Below, piece after piece: positions 1 to 10,709 of a DNA stretch of 64,000 nucleotides. Numbering within the stretch: the first letter of the stretch is position 1; each line of letters opens with the position of its first letter. Source of the stretch: Diadema antillarum (taxonomy: Eukaryota); assembly GCF_040938485.1 (NCBI RefSeq), contig NW_027270922.1:2480001-2544000 (forward strand), in the 5' to 3' direction. A program made the position numbers and the translations under genes. A model generated the notes under the pieces. The model did no database searches. It worked only from the letters and a program-made list of their open reading frames with translations, and was not told the DNA's origin.

Positions 1-420
1 ACTGGATTGGAAAGATGTTCTGAAAGTCGTATTGGAAGTCTTTTCAAATTAATTGATAACTTGTTAGCTTTCATTCAAGCAATAACATGAAAAAGTGCGC
101 ATTGTTTAATTTGGTAACGAGTTGAAAATGGTCGGAATAGGATTAGAATATGCTGGAATCATCAGTAAATGATAAACTGCAATATATTTGAGGATATTTG
201 AACGTCGTTCATAATGTGGCCGAAGTGAGCTGCGTTCAGGTACACGGAAAGAGATAAATTGCTTGAAAGAAGAGAAACCGTTAACGTTTACATGATATTG
301 CTTGTGGTTTGATAAATAATTTCTAAACCACTCTAAGGCCCTTCCTAGAATCCCATAGTGACATAATTTGTGGAGAAGTATTGCATGGTTTATGGTATTG
401 ACGGCCTTGGAGAGACGAAT
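1..420 (-). mobile_element. Degenerate non-LTR retrotransposon (CR1/L2-like) reverse transcriptase fragment
   Basis: ORF 106..435(-) contains KAVNTINHAILLHKLCHYGILGRALEWFRNYLSNHKQY, matching the LINE RT motif KAFDT(I/V)xHxILLxKLxxYG(I)RGxxLxWFxxYLSNRxQxV. It is frameshifted downstream and runs off the window edge. Confidence 0.85.
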
Positions 421-833
421 ACACTGAATTATCAATTTGGTTAATAAATGTCAGAAGGGTATATTATGTAGTGTTGTGTTTCTGGCGAAAGATAAACTCT
501 TTATTGCTTACAATGCTATGTTTTATATTTTTCAAGTACTTTAGACTAAGAAGTAAGTAACGATATTGGTCTCTAATTACTCACTGATTATTATCTTCTC
601 ATTGTTATCATATTCATGACTGTGATTGTGAACAAAATATCACCACGAGCGCTCGATAGTTACATTCATTTTCGTGCTAAAAGTACTGCATTACACAGGA
701 GACAATAAATGACGTTAAAATAAGTGTTGCTCTTTATGAATTTCTAGCCAATGATGAAAGATCTTATCATAATTTTAAGGCATATTTCATCAACATGTCA
801 AAAGCAACTTGTCATGTTAAAGGTCAAGAAGTT

Positions 834-1260
834 CTAGCATTTTGTAGAGTACCCGCGCCTGCGGATGATAGCGCGCGTCCTGCTTGGAAGAGTCACCTAT
901 ACAGACCACGCGGTGTTTCTTGGGTGATGCTGCTTTCGGTCCTGCAGATAGAGCGGGACGAAAACCTCCTTGGTGGATGGTCGGTGGTTGGTGAGGGCTC
1001 ACTTGAAGTCATCCCGCAGATTCTCTATCCGGTTAGCATCTGGTGATTGTACCGGGCACCTCATCCTGTTGACGCCATTTTCGTCATTACTACCGGTCTT
1101 TCTGGGCAACACTGTGCGGCGTTGCGTTATCATCCAGGAGTTGATTCGTGGGAGCCTGCAGCAATGACACTGGTATCAGTCGCGATGATATCAGTGTCAA
1201 CACCCACTGCCAAAGGAATGTGCCCTTGGATCACTTGCGTAGGAGCGATCTCGAATGCAT
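834..1260 (-). pseudogene. Tc1/mariner DDE transposase relic (C-terminal half)
   Basis: Manual minus-strand translation across frameshifts gives LLDDNATPH (cf. FQxDNAxxH), then RCPVQSPDANRIENLRDDFK (cf. WPxQSPDLNPIENLW), and ends TLPSRTRAIIRRRGYSTKC* (cf. SMPRRxxAVIxxxGxxTKY*). Contains in-frame stops and frameshifts. Confidence 0.7.
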
Positions 1261-1280
1261 GTACATGGTCATTCGATAAA

Positions 1281-2721
1281 AAACAAGGAAAAGTAGAAAT
1301 TACGCGGTGCGTAATATATGTCCCCGCCGGAAGTAGCATTTTGTAGTAAGATGTACAATATAGGTCAAAAATCAAGGTCAAAGGTCAAAGAAGTCAAAGG
1401 TCAAAATTCTGTGTAGAAGTTTTGAAGCGCTCACCTAGTGCCATCACATAAAGCAAACGGAATCGAAATCGGGTTAGAAATGGCGAAGGAGTAGCATTTT
1501 GTAGCAAAATGTACAACAAAATGTAGGTCAAAAATTAAGGTCAAAGGTCAAAGAAGCCAAAGGTCAAAATTCTGTGTAGAAGTTTTGAAGCCCTCACCTA
1601 GTGCCATCACATAAAGCAAACAGAATCGAAATTGGGTAAGAAATGGCGAAGGAGTAGCATTTTGTAGCAAAATGTACAATACAGGTCAAAAATCAAGGTC
1701 AAAGGTCAAAGAAGTCAAAGGTCAAAATTCTATGTAAAAGTTTTGAAGCCCTCACCTAGTGCCATCACATAAAGCAAACAGAATCGAAATCGGGTTAGAA
1801 ATGGCGGAGTAGCATTTTGTAGCCAATGTACAATATGGGTCAAAAATCAAGGTCAAAGGTCAAAGAAGTCAAAGGTCAAAATTCTGTGTAGAAGTTTTGA
1901 AGCCCTCACCTAGTGCCATCACATAAAGCAAACGGAATCGAAATCGGGTAAGAAATGGCGGAGTAGCATTTTGTAGCAAAATGTACAATACAGGTCAAAA
2001 ATCAAGGTCAAAGGTCAAAGAAGTCAAAGGTCAAAATTCTGTGTAGAAGTTTTGAAGCCCTCACCTAGTGCCATCACATAAAGCAAACAGAATCGAAATC
2101 GGGTTAGAAATGGCGGAGTAGCATTTTGTAGCCAATGTACAATATGGGTCAAAAATCAAGGTCAAAGGTCAAAGAAGTCAAAGGTCAAAATTCTGTGTAG
2201 AAGTTTTGAAGCCCTCACCTAGTGCCATCACATAAAGCAAACGGAATCGAAATCGGGTAAGAAATGGCGGAGTAGCATTTTGTAGCAAAATGTACAATAC
2301 AGGTCAAAAATCAAGGTCAAAGAAGTCAAAGGTCAAAATTCTGTGTAGAAGTTTTGAAGCCCTCACCTAGTGCCATCACATAAAGCAAACGGAATCAAAA
2401 TCAGGTTAGAAATGGCGAAGGAGTAGCATTTTGTAGCAATATGTACAATATAGGTCAAAGGTCAAGGTCAAAGGTCACGACTGAAATTCTGTGTAGAAGT
2501 CTCAAAGCTCCCATGTAGTGCTATCATATAAAGCAAACAGAATCAAAATTGGCTCATAAATGACAGAGAAGTAGCAAATTGAAGATTTTGATCACACACG
2601 GACGCACACACGGACGGACACACGGACGGACACACGGACGGACGGACGGACACACGGACACACACACGTACGGAGCCCGTTTCATAGTCCCCTGCTCGAA
2701 CTCGTTCGGCGGGGACAACTA
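1281..2721 (+). mobile_element. Non-autonomous pearl/Tsp/CvA-like (Helentron-associated, HINE-type) element with internal tandem array
   Basis: 5' hairpin ATTACGC-GGT-GCGTAAT; subterminal inverted repeat TGTCCCCGCCG (1319-1329) / CGGCGGGGACA (2707-2717); eight ~155-bp core repeats; (ACGG/ACAC)n microsatellite at ~2595-2668; 3' hairpin GTCCCC...GGGGAC. This layout matches the pearl/HINE architecture. The 5' boundary is approximate. Confidence 0.75.
1333..2545 (+). repeat. Tandem minisatellite, 8 copies of a ~151-163 bp unit rich in AGGTCA
   Basis: Unit starts (GTAGCATTTTGTAG) at 1333, 1491, 1654, 1809, 1963, 2118, 2272 and 2423. The last copy is the most diverged. Confidence 0.95.
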
Positions 2722-2855
2722 TACGCAACCAACCGAACGCAATGGGGAAGGCCGACTCTGCTTTGCTACTGACTTGCTACTGCAATACATGTATATCCTT
2801 ATGCAGCTGCTAGCCCCCAACCCAAATGCACTGTGTGGTAGATCAATATTGCTAA

Positions 2856-3487
2856 CGGCCCTGTCACACATTGCCGGGTGAGCTACGGGGGCTTGTTGCG
2901 AGTAGGGATTTTGCAGTACGCAGGAGAATTTTCTGCGGGCGTACAAGGATGTTGGCGAGTTCCGTACTTGCGTCTTACTGCTAAGATGTGTGATATTTAC
3001 CTGCTACTTGCGTGTATTACGTGTGACCTGCGTGAGAGCTTTGAAACCGATCAATTTTTAGCTATACGAATGACTGCGAAGTACTGCCGCTAAGGGCCTC
3101 CTACTGATTGTTCATCTGCGGACAAACCACCGCGACTCGTCCGGAACGAGTTTTGAGCATGCTCACGGCCTTGTCACACCGTGTCTTGGGAGGCCTTGCG
3201 GGGAAAGATTTTACCCGGACCTCCCAGCAGTTGGTCCGCACCTGAAAGTACCTAGCGCGTATCTCGCCCATTGTTGCTCGGAGGTACGCACGCAAGTCCG
3301 ATTTAAAGGTGTGACAGGTCCTAAACTTGACTGCGGGTGAATGGGACTTGCGTGAATAACTCCGCGTAACTAAGGGGTAAGTGCTAGTAACTGTCATGTG
3401 CGGGTCATCTGCGGGGACCTCCTTGTAGTAAAAAATTTTCTTCGCAAGTCGCACGCAAGGCTTGCCCGGAAAGGTGTGATGCGGCCT
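2856..3487. mobile_element. PIF/Harbinger-like MITE
   Basis: Imperfect TIRs CGGCCCTGTCACAC (2856..) and GTGTGATGCGGCCT (..3487), flanked by TAA at 2853-2855 and 3488-3490. The interior is GC-rich with CTTGCG/CTGCG motifs. Confidence 0.55.
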
Positions 3488-3523
3488 TAAGGAATGATAT
3501 ATAATATTTTACATCGGTGATGC

Positions 3524-3828
3524 TGGTTATTCCGAAGGTTCGTTGATCTAAAAATGAAATAAGGTCGTTATTCCGAAGGTGCGTTATTCCGAAAATGAAA
3601 TAAGGTAGTAACGAACCTTCGGAATTACAATTATTGTACGAACCTTATTTCATTTTCGGATTAACTCGCCTTTGTAATCATAAACCTTATTTCATTTTTA
3701 CATTAACGAACCTTCGAAAATGAAATAGAATTGAATGAAAATAAAATGAAATGAATAAATAACCGTATGTCATATTCAGATTACCGAACCTTCTAAAAAA
3801 CGGATCTTCCGAATAGCGAACTGTAACC
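3524..3828. repeat. Repeat-derived segment built from TTATTCCGAAGGTTCG / CGAACCTTCGGAAT motifs in both orientations
   Basis: Several direct and inverted copies of the GTTATTCCGAAGG and AAATGAAATAAGG motifs. No clean TIR/TSD pair was found. Confidence 0.45.
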
Positions 3829-3944
3829 ATTCCAGATGCAGCAAAAGTTACAGAAAGACAATTTTTCTGAGGTCATCATACTTTAATTTGTGCCAATAAC
3901 TTGTATCAGCAATGTTGTTAAACGGATGTAATAAAACACTTTCA

Positions 3945-4247
3945 CAGAGACTCCAACCCAAAGCACCTTCTGATCTGGAGATTCTCCCGCCTGAAACCCC
4001 TAGCAAACGGGAGATTCCAAGTTGATGTGTGCGAAGCGCGAAATTCCCAGGTTCTAGATGCTCTTTAGTGCTATCTAAGGCTTATTTTTTTCAACATACA
4101 ATAGCAATAAGTAAGAAATCCTTTCCAAAGGGAGACACAGAGCCAGGGCGGGAGAAATTAAATCATAATCGGGAGAACGGGAGATTTTGCAAAAATAGGT
4201 TTTCGGCGGGAGATCTCCCGTCGAAAACGGGAGAGTTGGAGTCTCTG
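3945..4247. mobile_element. 303-bp MITE with 13-bp perfect TIR and 6-bp TSD
   Basis: TIR CAGAGACTCCAAC (3945-3957) / GTTGGAGTCTCTG (4235-4247); CTTTCA directly flanks both ends (3939-3944, 4248-4253); internal CGGGAGA / TCTCCCG repeats. Confidence 0.8.
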
Positions 4248-5919
4248 CTTTCACACACTGCCATTTTCATTGAAGAGGACTGACGCAAAAGGTCTTATAA
4301 CCTCGAAGTTTATGCATTCATGTCATAATGCTCTACAAAGGTCAGGTACACAAAATAAAATGTTTGCACTAATCACGTTGATTTATCTATCACGCCACTT
4401 TGAGACCGAACCACTTCAGAAAGTTCACAAAGGATCGGTGTGTGTCTGAACGACTGAAAATACTACGGCAAGATATCGAACATACACTTACATTCTCAAC
4501 GTGAAACGCATTGCCGCATTTGACCGTTCGTCCGAGGACTATTGATGCCAAAACGTCTCGAAGGGAAAGAGAGAACAGTTTTAACGGAACACGGCGTGTA
4601 CAGTCTGGTAAGCTTATGACGCATGTTATGAGATCAAGCAAAAGTGAAACGCTAAAACTACGTATCCACAAGTCAGTTTGAGAAATAAAAGTTATTTTAC
4701 AAATGTAGAGAAAGAAATCATCTTTCAATGGTTGGTGACTCAGTGTGGTGCGTCGTCGAGTACTGATAATGAAGAATAACTATGGTTTTAAAGACCTAAT
4801 AAAATGGTTTAGACATTTTTTTCTCAATGATATAACAATATCAAATGTTAAATTCTAAGTAATTCTATGGTTGTGCGGGTTTTTTTACTGTTCTGAATTT
4901 TGTTCTATATTTGTTAACATAATGGATGCAATTTCCTCGGTTTTGGAAAACTTTCTATACTTTCGCCGCATGCGGCGCACTATCACTTCTAAATTGTGAT
5001 GACGTCTAAGAACGGAGTCGTCGATATTGACTGTCCGACCAGCCTAGCCATAGCCAGCGAGCTGGCAAGGCTATGCTAGCGCAGCGCAGCGACAGCCGGC
5101 CGGCGGCTAGCGCTGGCGGGGGAGCGAGCTAGCGAGTGCATAGCAGGTGCTGCGCTGCACTATTGTCATTGGCTAAGCCTTAAGACCAAAGAATATTTAA
5201 TGAATTGTATCGGATTTAATACTGCCAATAATACAGATTACAACTGTGGTACGCTTGGATATCCATTATTTTCGGCAAACACGTGAAATGGGCCTCACCA
5301 CTGCGTGCCTGTACTAATACTACGGCGTCTCGCCAGTTTAGATACTCGTGAATTCAGCCCCACCGTGTGGCGTTCATCGGTAGGTAAGCACGGGGGTGGG
5401 GCTGCCTTCCACAGTCAATACTCGTGAATGCGGCGAAAATATGACTTCCTATGATGTCCCTCGACTAATTTAACGGCCAATTTAACCATAAATACAACCC
5501 TAACTAACCCTAAACCCCAGGAGGACCTACCCTTGCTTGCTATAAACGCACGGGTACTGTGCACGCGCACTGCGGTGGGGCCTATTTCACGATAGCCTCA
5601 CCACCACTGCGTGTCGGCGACTCGCCTGCTTTATAGGCCTAGACCTACTCGTGAATTCAACCCCACCGTGGCGTTCATCGGTAGATAAGCACGGCGTTGG
5701 GGCTTCCTTCCACAGTATGATTTGTAGCATAAAACAAAAACTACTCGACCAAAATTGACGATCATTCTTGGTATCGTTCTTCTTATAGAAAATGGCGCAT
5801 CTAATTTACTGATGATAAATATTGCAGAAACTGACCATGGGAAACTGGTTAGGTCTTTTTTTTTTTCTTTTTTCTTTTTTGAGCCACGACCCACCCTGTA
5901 ACATACTGTATCCCCCTAG

Positions 5920-6190
5920 AGTGTAGCCTCTGTACTACTACCACAGATTCTGCTATTACTACTTACTAGTCTACTAGACCTAGTGGTAATAGTACTACTA
6001 CTAGTAGTACTAGTAGACTACTACTACTAGTAGACTACTACTACTAGTAGACTGCTACTAGATCTACTACTAGACTACTACTAGTAGTTTAACTTGTTAG
6101 CGCCGGCCGACGGGCCAGGCCACGGCCGGAGTAGCCGCTCACTTTGTGAGCGAGCTGGGTCTGTTCTTCTAGTCTACTACTTACTAGACA
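5920..6190. repeat. Degenerate (CTA/TAG)n microsatellite inside the Kolobok-type element
   Basis: Runs such as CTACTACTAGTAGACTACTACTACTAGTAG. Confidence 0.85.
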
Positions 6191-6275
6191 AACAGTTACA
6201 ACTTACAATGTCAATCATGTAGAATACAGTATATCCTTTCTAACGTTAAACTATATGGGGGCATACCAGACATAC

Positions 6276-6552
6276 CACTCTGTATTTCCCAGGCGATAGT
6301 TTCCGTGAGGTCTATTCTCGGACTTGGTGCCATGTTCATACGCTCTTGCACTGGCAGCGGTTAAGATGCAGCTGGTTCATATTGGTAAGGTGCAGCCCCA
6401 CGATAACGTTCTGGTTCATCGGCTGCCTCTCCCTCCCCATCTTCCCCTTCAACTTCATGTGCCTCCTCTTCTTCTCCGCTATCGTCAGAGCTGCAGTCTT
6501 CATCATCATCATCATCATCAATGTCGAAGTTTACCCATATAGGGGAAGACAT
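6276..6552 (-). pseudogene. First exon of a P2X7 C-terminal (ballast/ZCD)-like, KolX-like gene with one frameshift
   Basis: ATG at 6552, then an acidic tract and GAAPYQYEP. After a single frameshift near 6363 the frame reads LTAASARAYEHGTKSENRPHGNYRLGNTEW and ends at a TG|GTATGT donor (6276/6275). PYxFEP...RLGNTxWC is the N-terminal signature I recognise for this cysteine-rich family. Confidence 0.6.
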
Positions 6553-7251
6553 TATGCTTGAGGTACCAGGTATTTGTGCAAGCTAACTTAGTGATAATGT
6601 ACGTGGCACTAATGCGTACATGTCGACAGTCAGTGGGTCGACCGGGAGCGCACATCCCGCGGGGCCCGGGCCTGGCCGGGCTAGCTAACGTGTACGCGCG
6701 TGTACCAAGCTAGTAATCTTAGTGCTTGTACTGAGCGGCGTCTGCTAACTGAGCACAACTCCGTGCTTATACGTCATCAATCGGTTCAGGGGTGTTGGTC
6801 ACGTGACTATCTTTTTCGCAAAAGCTGCAACCAGGTCCTCCAAAAATGTGATATTTGGGGGAGTTTCTAGAAGTGATAAAAACCGGAACGACACTGACAA
6901 CATGTTTACATTGATAATCATGACATATATTTACATTTCTTTTGCATATTAAAACATTTTGCAAGCATTTTATTAGGTCTTTAAAGCTTGCTAATGTCTT
7001 GAAAGACCAGCTGCTCAAACTAAAATCCTCAATCTGTTTATTTTTTTCCTATCGTAATGAAGAGATCTATTTTCTTTCTTTTTGGTTCAAAGGAAGATAA
7101 TGAAAAGTCTATCTAAATGTTGACAATGGTAGGAGATATACATAAGAAATGTAATTGCTGCGTGAATGTAGAAACTTCTTTTATCTCATGTAGAATATTA
7201 TTCTCTTTGAAACAATGCAACGTGCTGTTCGCCCTTTGTAGGAAGACGGAA

Positions 7252-8656
7252 ATGACCACAGACGCAAAATTCACAAGCGACGGAAACGCACGAGTCATCA
7301 TGTGGTGCGTTCCCCGCTCGGTGTCGACAGCAATGACAAAATGCATGAGCTTCGTTGACGGCGCCGAAATCTGGTTGGAGCCGTATGTCGTTTCCAAAAT
7401 CGCCAAAGACTTTCGAGAACTATATTACACCGACTTCGAGCAGCTTCCTATTGATATTGACGGTAACGAGGAGGTTTACTTAGACGCAGTAAAGAAATTG
7501 AATTTGGGATGTGACACGCAGAGCTTCAAACTCGACCTACTGTCGTAAGTGTTATAGTGTTTTTCAAACGTACCATGACTTCATCAAAGTATTTGCGACA
7601 AAATTGTCCAATATAAACATATACAAAAATTTCGACTTTTATTATAGGAATGTTAACGGAAATGCCTTGGATTACAACTTGTTTCTCCCTGAACGATTTA
7701 AACGCTCGCAAAAACCGAAGGGGCTATGCAAAATAAAATTGAAATTTTGATGTAAATCAAAATTGACCTTAAAGTACATGGCTAATACTGTGGTGCTTTT
7801 GTTAGATCTACCAGGATTTCGCGACCAGGTGATTCATGTTTTTCTGTGTTACCACAATCTGAAGAGCACTAATTTTAATCAGTTGTTTTGGGCGTGCATA
7901 AGAGTATAACGGAGCTTGAAGATTCATTAATAACTAACATTAACATAGTTCTGTCCTTATACCCGCAGACCTATTAAACTGAAGCAAAAATTCGACTCGA
8001 TTCCTTCTACCACAAAATTCGTCTTCGTCAAAGACATGGCCAGCGGCATGCCACCAAGCCGATACAAGTACCTACCTGATCCATCCAGTGGTTTTCGACA
8101 TTTCTTCCTCATACGACATCCTGTGAAGGCGTACAAATCCTTTCGGAAGACAATGCTGGAAGCAATAGAAGGAGCGGATCCCAAGGATCTACCACCAGGT
8201 TTCTCGAAACCGGATCCAGAAACCTTCCACATTATAGATTATGCACCTCCACCAAAAGAAGGAACGCCCTACTTTTTCAAAGCAATCCACGAATTATGGT
8301 GCTACGTTCGAGAAAACGTTGATAGCAACCCGGTCATTGTCGACATCGATGAACTCATGGAGGATCCGGCAACCATACTTCCACTGCTCTTCCGGGCACT
8401 GGGTATCCCGTACTCCGAGGATTACGTAACTTGGGACGCCTCATCCGATGTGGTCCGTAAGTGGCAAAGTGTCTGTTCAAACGTCCTCGACGCTCCGCGC
8501 TATAACATGTGGTTTGCCAACGCCTTTAAGAGTACTTGTTTTAAACCTTCATCTACTTCCGCTTCTCTTGACGGGGTAACAAAGGATATCAGGGAGGTTG
8601 CCGAGAAAGAAATGCCGTACTACGAGGAAATGCATAAGCTTAGAATAACCCCTTAA
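7252..8656 (+). CDS. Sulfotransferase-like P-loop protein (Sulfotransfer_5 / BCAT-like N-terminal-domain family), paralogue 1; 2 coding exons, 326 aa
   Basis: Exon 7252-7544 (MTTDAKF...FKLDLLS, donor TC|GTAAGT) and exon 7969-8656 (acceptor TACCCGCAG|A; PIKLKQKFDS...RITP*) total 981 nt, phase 2 consistent. 5'-PAPS-binding-like motif MWCVPRSVSTAM, IWLEPY, KDMA, 3'-PB-like LIRHPVKAYKS, and DIDELMEDP...LGIPY. An acceptor 10 nt before the ATG (TTTGTAG, 7241) implies a 5'UTR intron. Confidence 0.9.
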
Positions 8657-10709
8657 AATCGTTTGCTCGGGACACTCGTTGTTTCTTATTTTTCTATTTC
8701 AGCTAATAGATACCCAACTTCTTGACTCAGATATCCATTGCATGATAACTCTCGTGAAGGTTAGTCTCGGATGCAATAACACCCACTTGATGGTGTTACA
8801 TTACTGAAATGATGATAAAGTCGTCTGTATCTGTTTGTTTGCTGGACGTGCGTTCAAGAAATTTGACAGACGTTCTATTTAGCAAAGTGGTTTGGCTTAC
8901 TGATGTAATAACGTTTCAGTGTGACCTTGACTTGAATGCTGCTGTCTTATATTATACGCAATTTCCGATGAGCAAATGTACACATATCACTTTGGTGAGC
9001 TTAAAATAACTGCTTTCGTTTTTTCTTTAATCCATTATAACAATAAGTTGCCGATTCCTTGGGAAAACCAATACTTCTTCAAAAAAGATATCGGAATCTA
9101 CACGATACATACTCAGGAAGATCGTATAGTAAAGTTCGGATTCTGTATTTTCGAGCAAAAACCGAGAAAACCATTACGCTTGTTTGCTCCGAGCAGATGC
9201 GAAAATGGCTAATATTAATATCAGTCATGAAAACATGTTGTTTTTTGCATATAATTTTGAATTTCCACTGTTGATGATTGTACGTTTATAACCATTACTC
9301 CATTGCATGCAGTTAACATTGTTAGGGCTTGTTCGACAGTATTATTGTGTTCTCCAGAATAGTGAAGAATATTGGTACCCCATAACAGCTCACAGCCGTT
9401 ATCACCTTGTCTTATCTCTGCAAACATTTGACGTAGGATATAAGTTTGCATGTTAATGATTGAAGATCGGAGCAAGACATGAGGCTGGAAGTACTGGGAC
9501 TACCCTCAGATCTTAAACCTTGCATGTACATCATTGCTCCATCGAACATAATACACGGAGAACATAACACCTTGTTGACATCGCATAATACACAGAGGAT
9601 GCAATGCCTATAATATCCTATGAAATGTAACCAAATCACGAAAAGCTACCATAGGGGAGTGATCATCACTTTCCTATGGCTACCAGAAGATTCTTAATGA
9701 ATCTTCCAGCTTGTACAATATCTTTAAAATCTTGTATAACTTTTTAGAGTAATTAAAGGAAATTAGAAGATCTTTCTTATAATGTATACCGTATAGCCAC
9801 AAGCAATTCACTTTTTTTTTTTGCTACAGCTGTACAAAGTTTATGCTTTATACTCTCATCTTCTCCGCCTATCTTTCTCGTATGTTGTTGATACTGCTAT
9901 GAAAGATAATGAAGATATCTAAAGCGTATAACAGGCTAAACGGTTGAATAGACAGAAGTTCTGAACGTCATTTTATTATAGAGGGATTTATGTAGATTAT
10001 ACATATAGTGAAGTAGACCATTTCAGTAAGCCTTTTAAAGGACACTACCTTCTCTTTTTACGCTGAATAGTGAGATAATGACAGCGTAAGCTCGAGCCTA
10101 CGCTGTCATTGAGTGCACTCATTTACATAATTTCTATTATTCATGATGATCATTTTAAAGAGCTGTTTGACAAGAAAAAGAACTACAGTTAACATTGAAC
10201 ATATATTATCATTATGTCCTTATTTAATACGATCTTGAAATAATTGCGCTGCTGTTTTTTTTTCATTCTTTTGATAGCAAGTTTTGTTTACTTCTAGAAT
10301 ATTGTCTTTAGAACGTACTTCAGTGTAAATACTGTTAATTAAGATCAGAATGATAATGCAAATGTACGTCTCCCTATTGTTTTATTTAGTACCATCATGC
10401 AATGCTATATGTAAATTTGGATAAAAAAGTGCTAATGTAAATGTGAATGTACATCTTTCTGTTCAGTGCCACGAACCGAAATACCATTAGTCATCACGTT
10501 TCATAAAGCCAGAATCAAAAGCGTGGTGTTTATCTGGAAGAGATGATTACCTTGATAAACATAGGCCTATAACCATGCAAACATACACAAGCATAGGTTG
10601 CTTCTTTTCTCTTTGTATTCAAGGTTTCATCGCATTTTTCCAAGGTACAGTAAGAAGCAAGAACAACGAATATTATCTTTGTGACCTCAGTAACATGTGC
10701 TGACATTAA

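Larger units (their letters stand above)
4792..6980. mobile_element. Kolobok-type DNA transposon (internally deleted, 2189 bp) with KolX/P2X7-tail-like relic
   Basis: Perfect 15-bp TIR AGACCTAATAAAATG (4792-4806) / CATTTTATTAGGTCT (6966-6980); TTAA on both sides (4788-4791, 6981-6984); AG (RR) terminus as in Kolobok rather than CCY as in piggyBac; subterminal TGACGT motifs at both ends. Confidence 0.8.

Noticed and set aside
1333-2545. Regularly spaced repeats as a CRISPR array
   Set aside because: The whole unit is repeated with no unique spacers, the context is eukaryotic and there are no cas genes.
4390-4728. 112-aa ORF considered as a THAP/transposase partner of the Kolobok element
   Set aside because: It lies outside the TIR (element starts at 4792) and lacks the THAP CxxxxC...W...CxxHF pattern.
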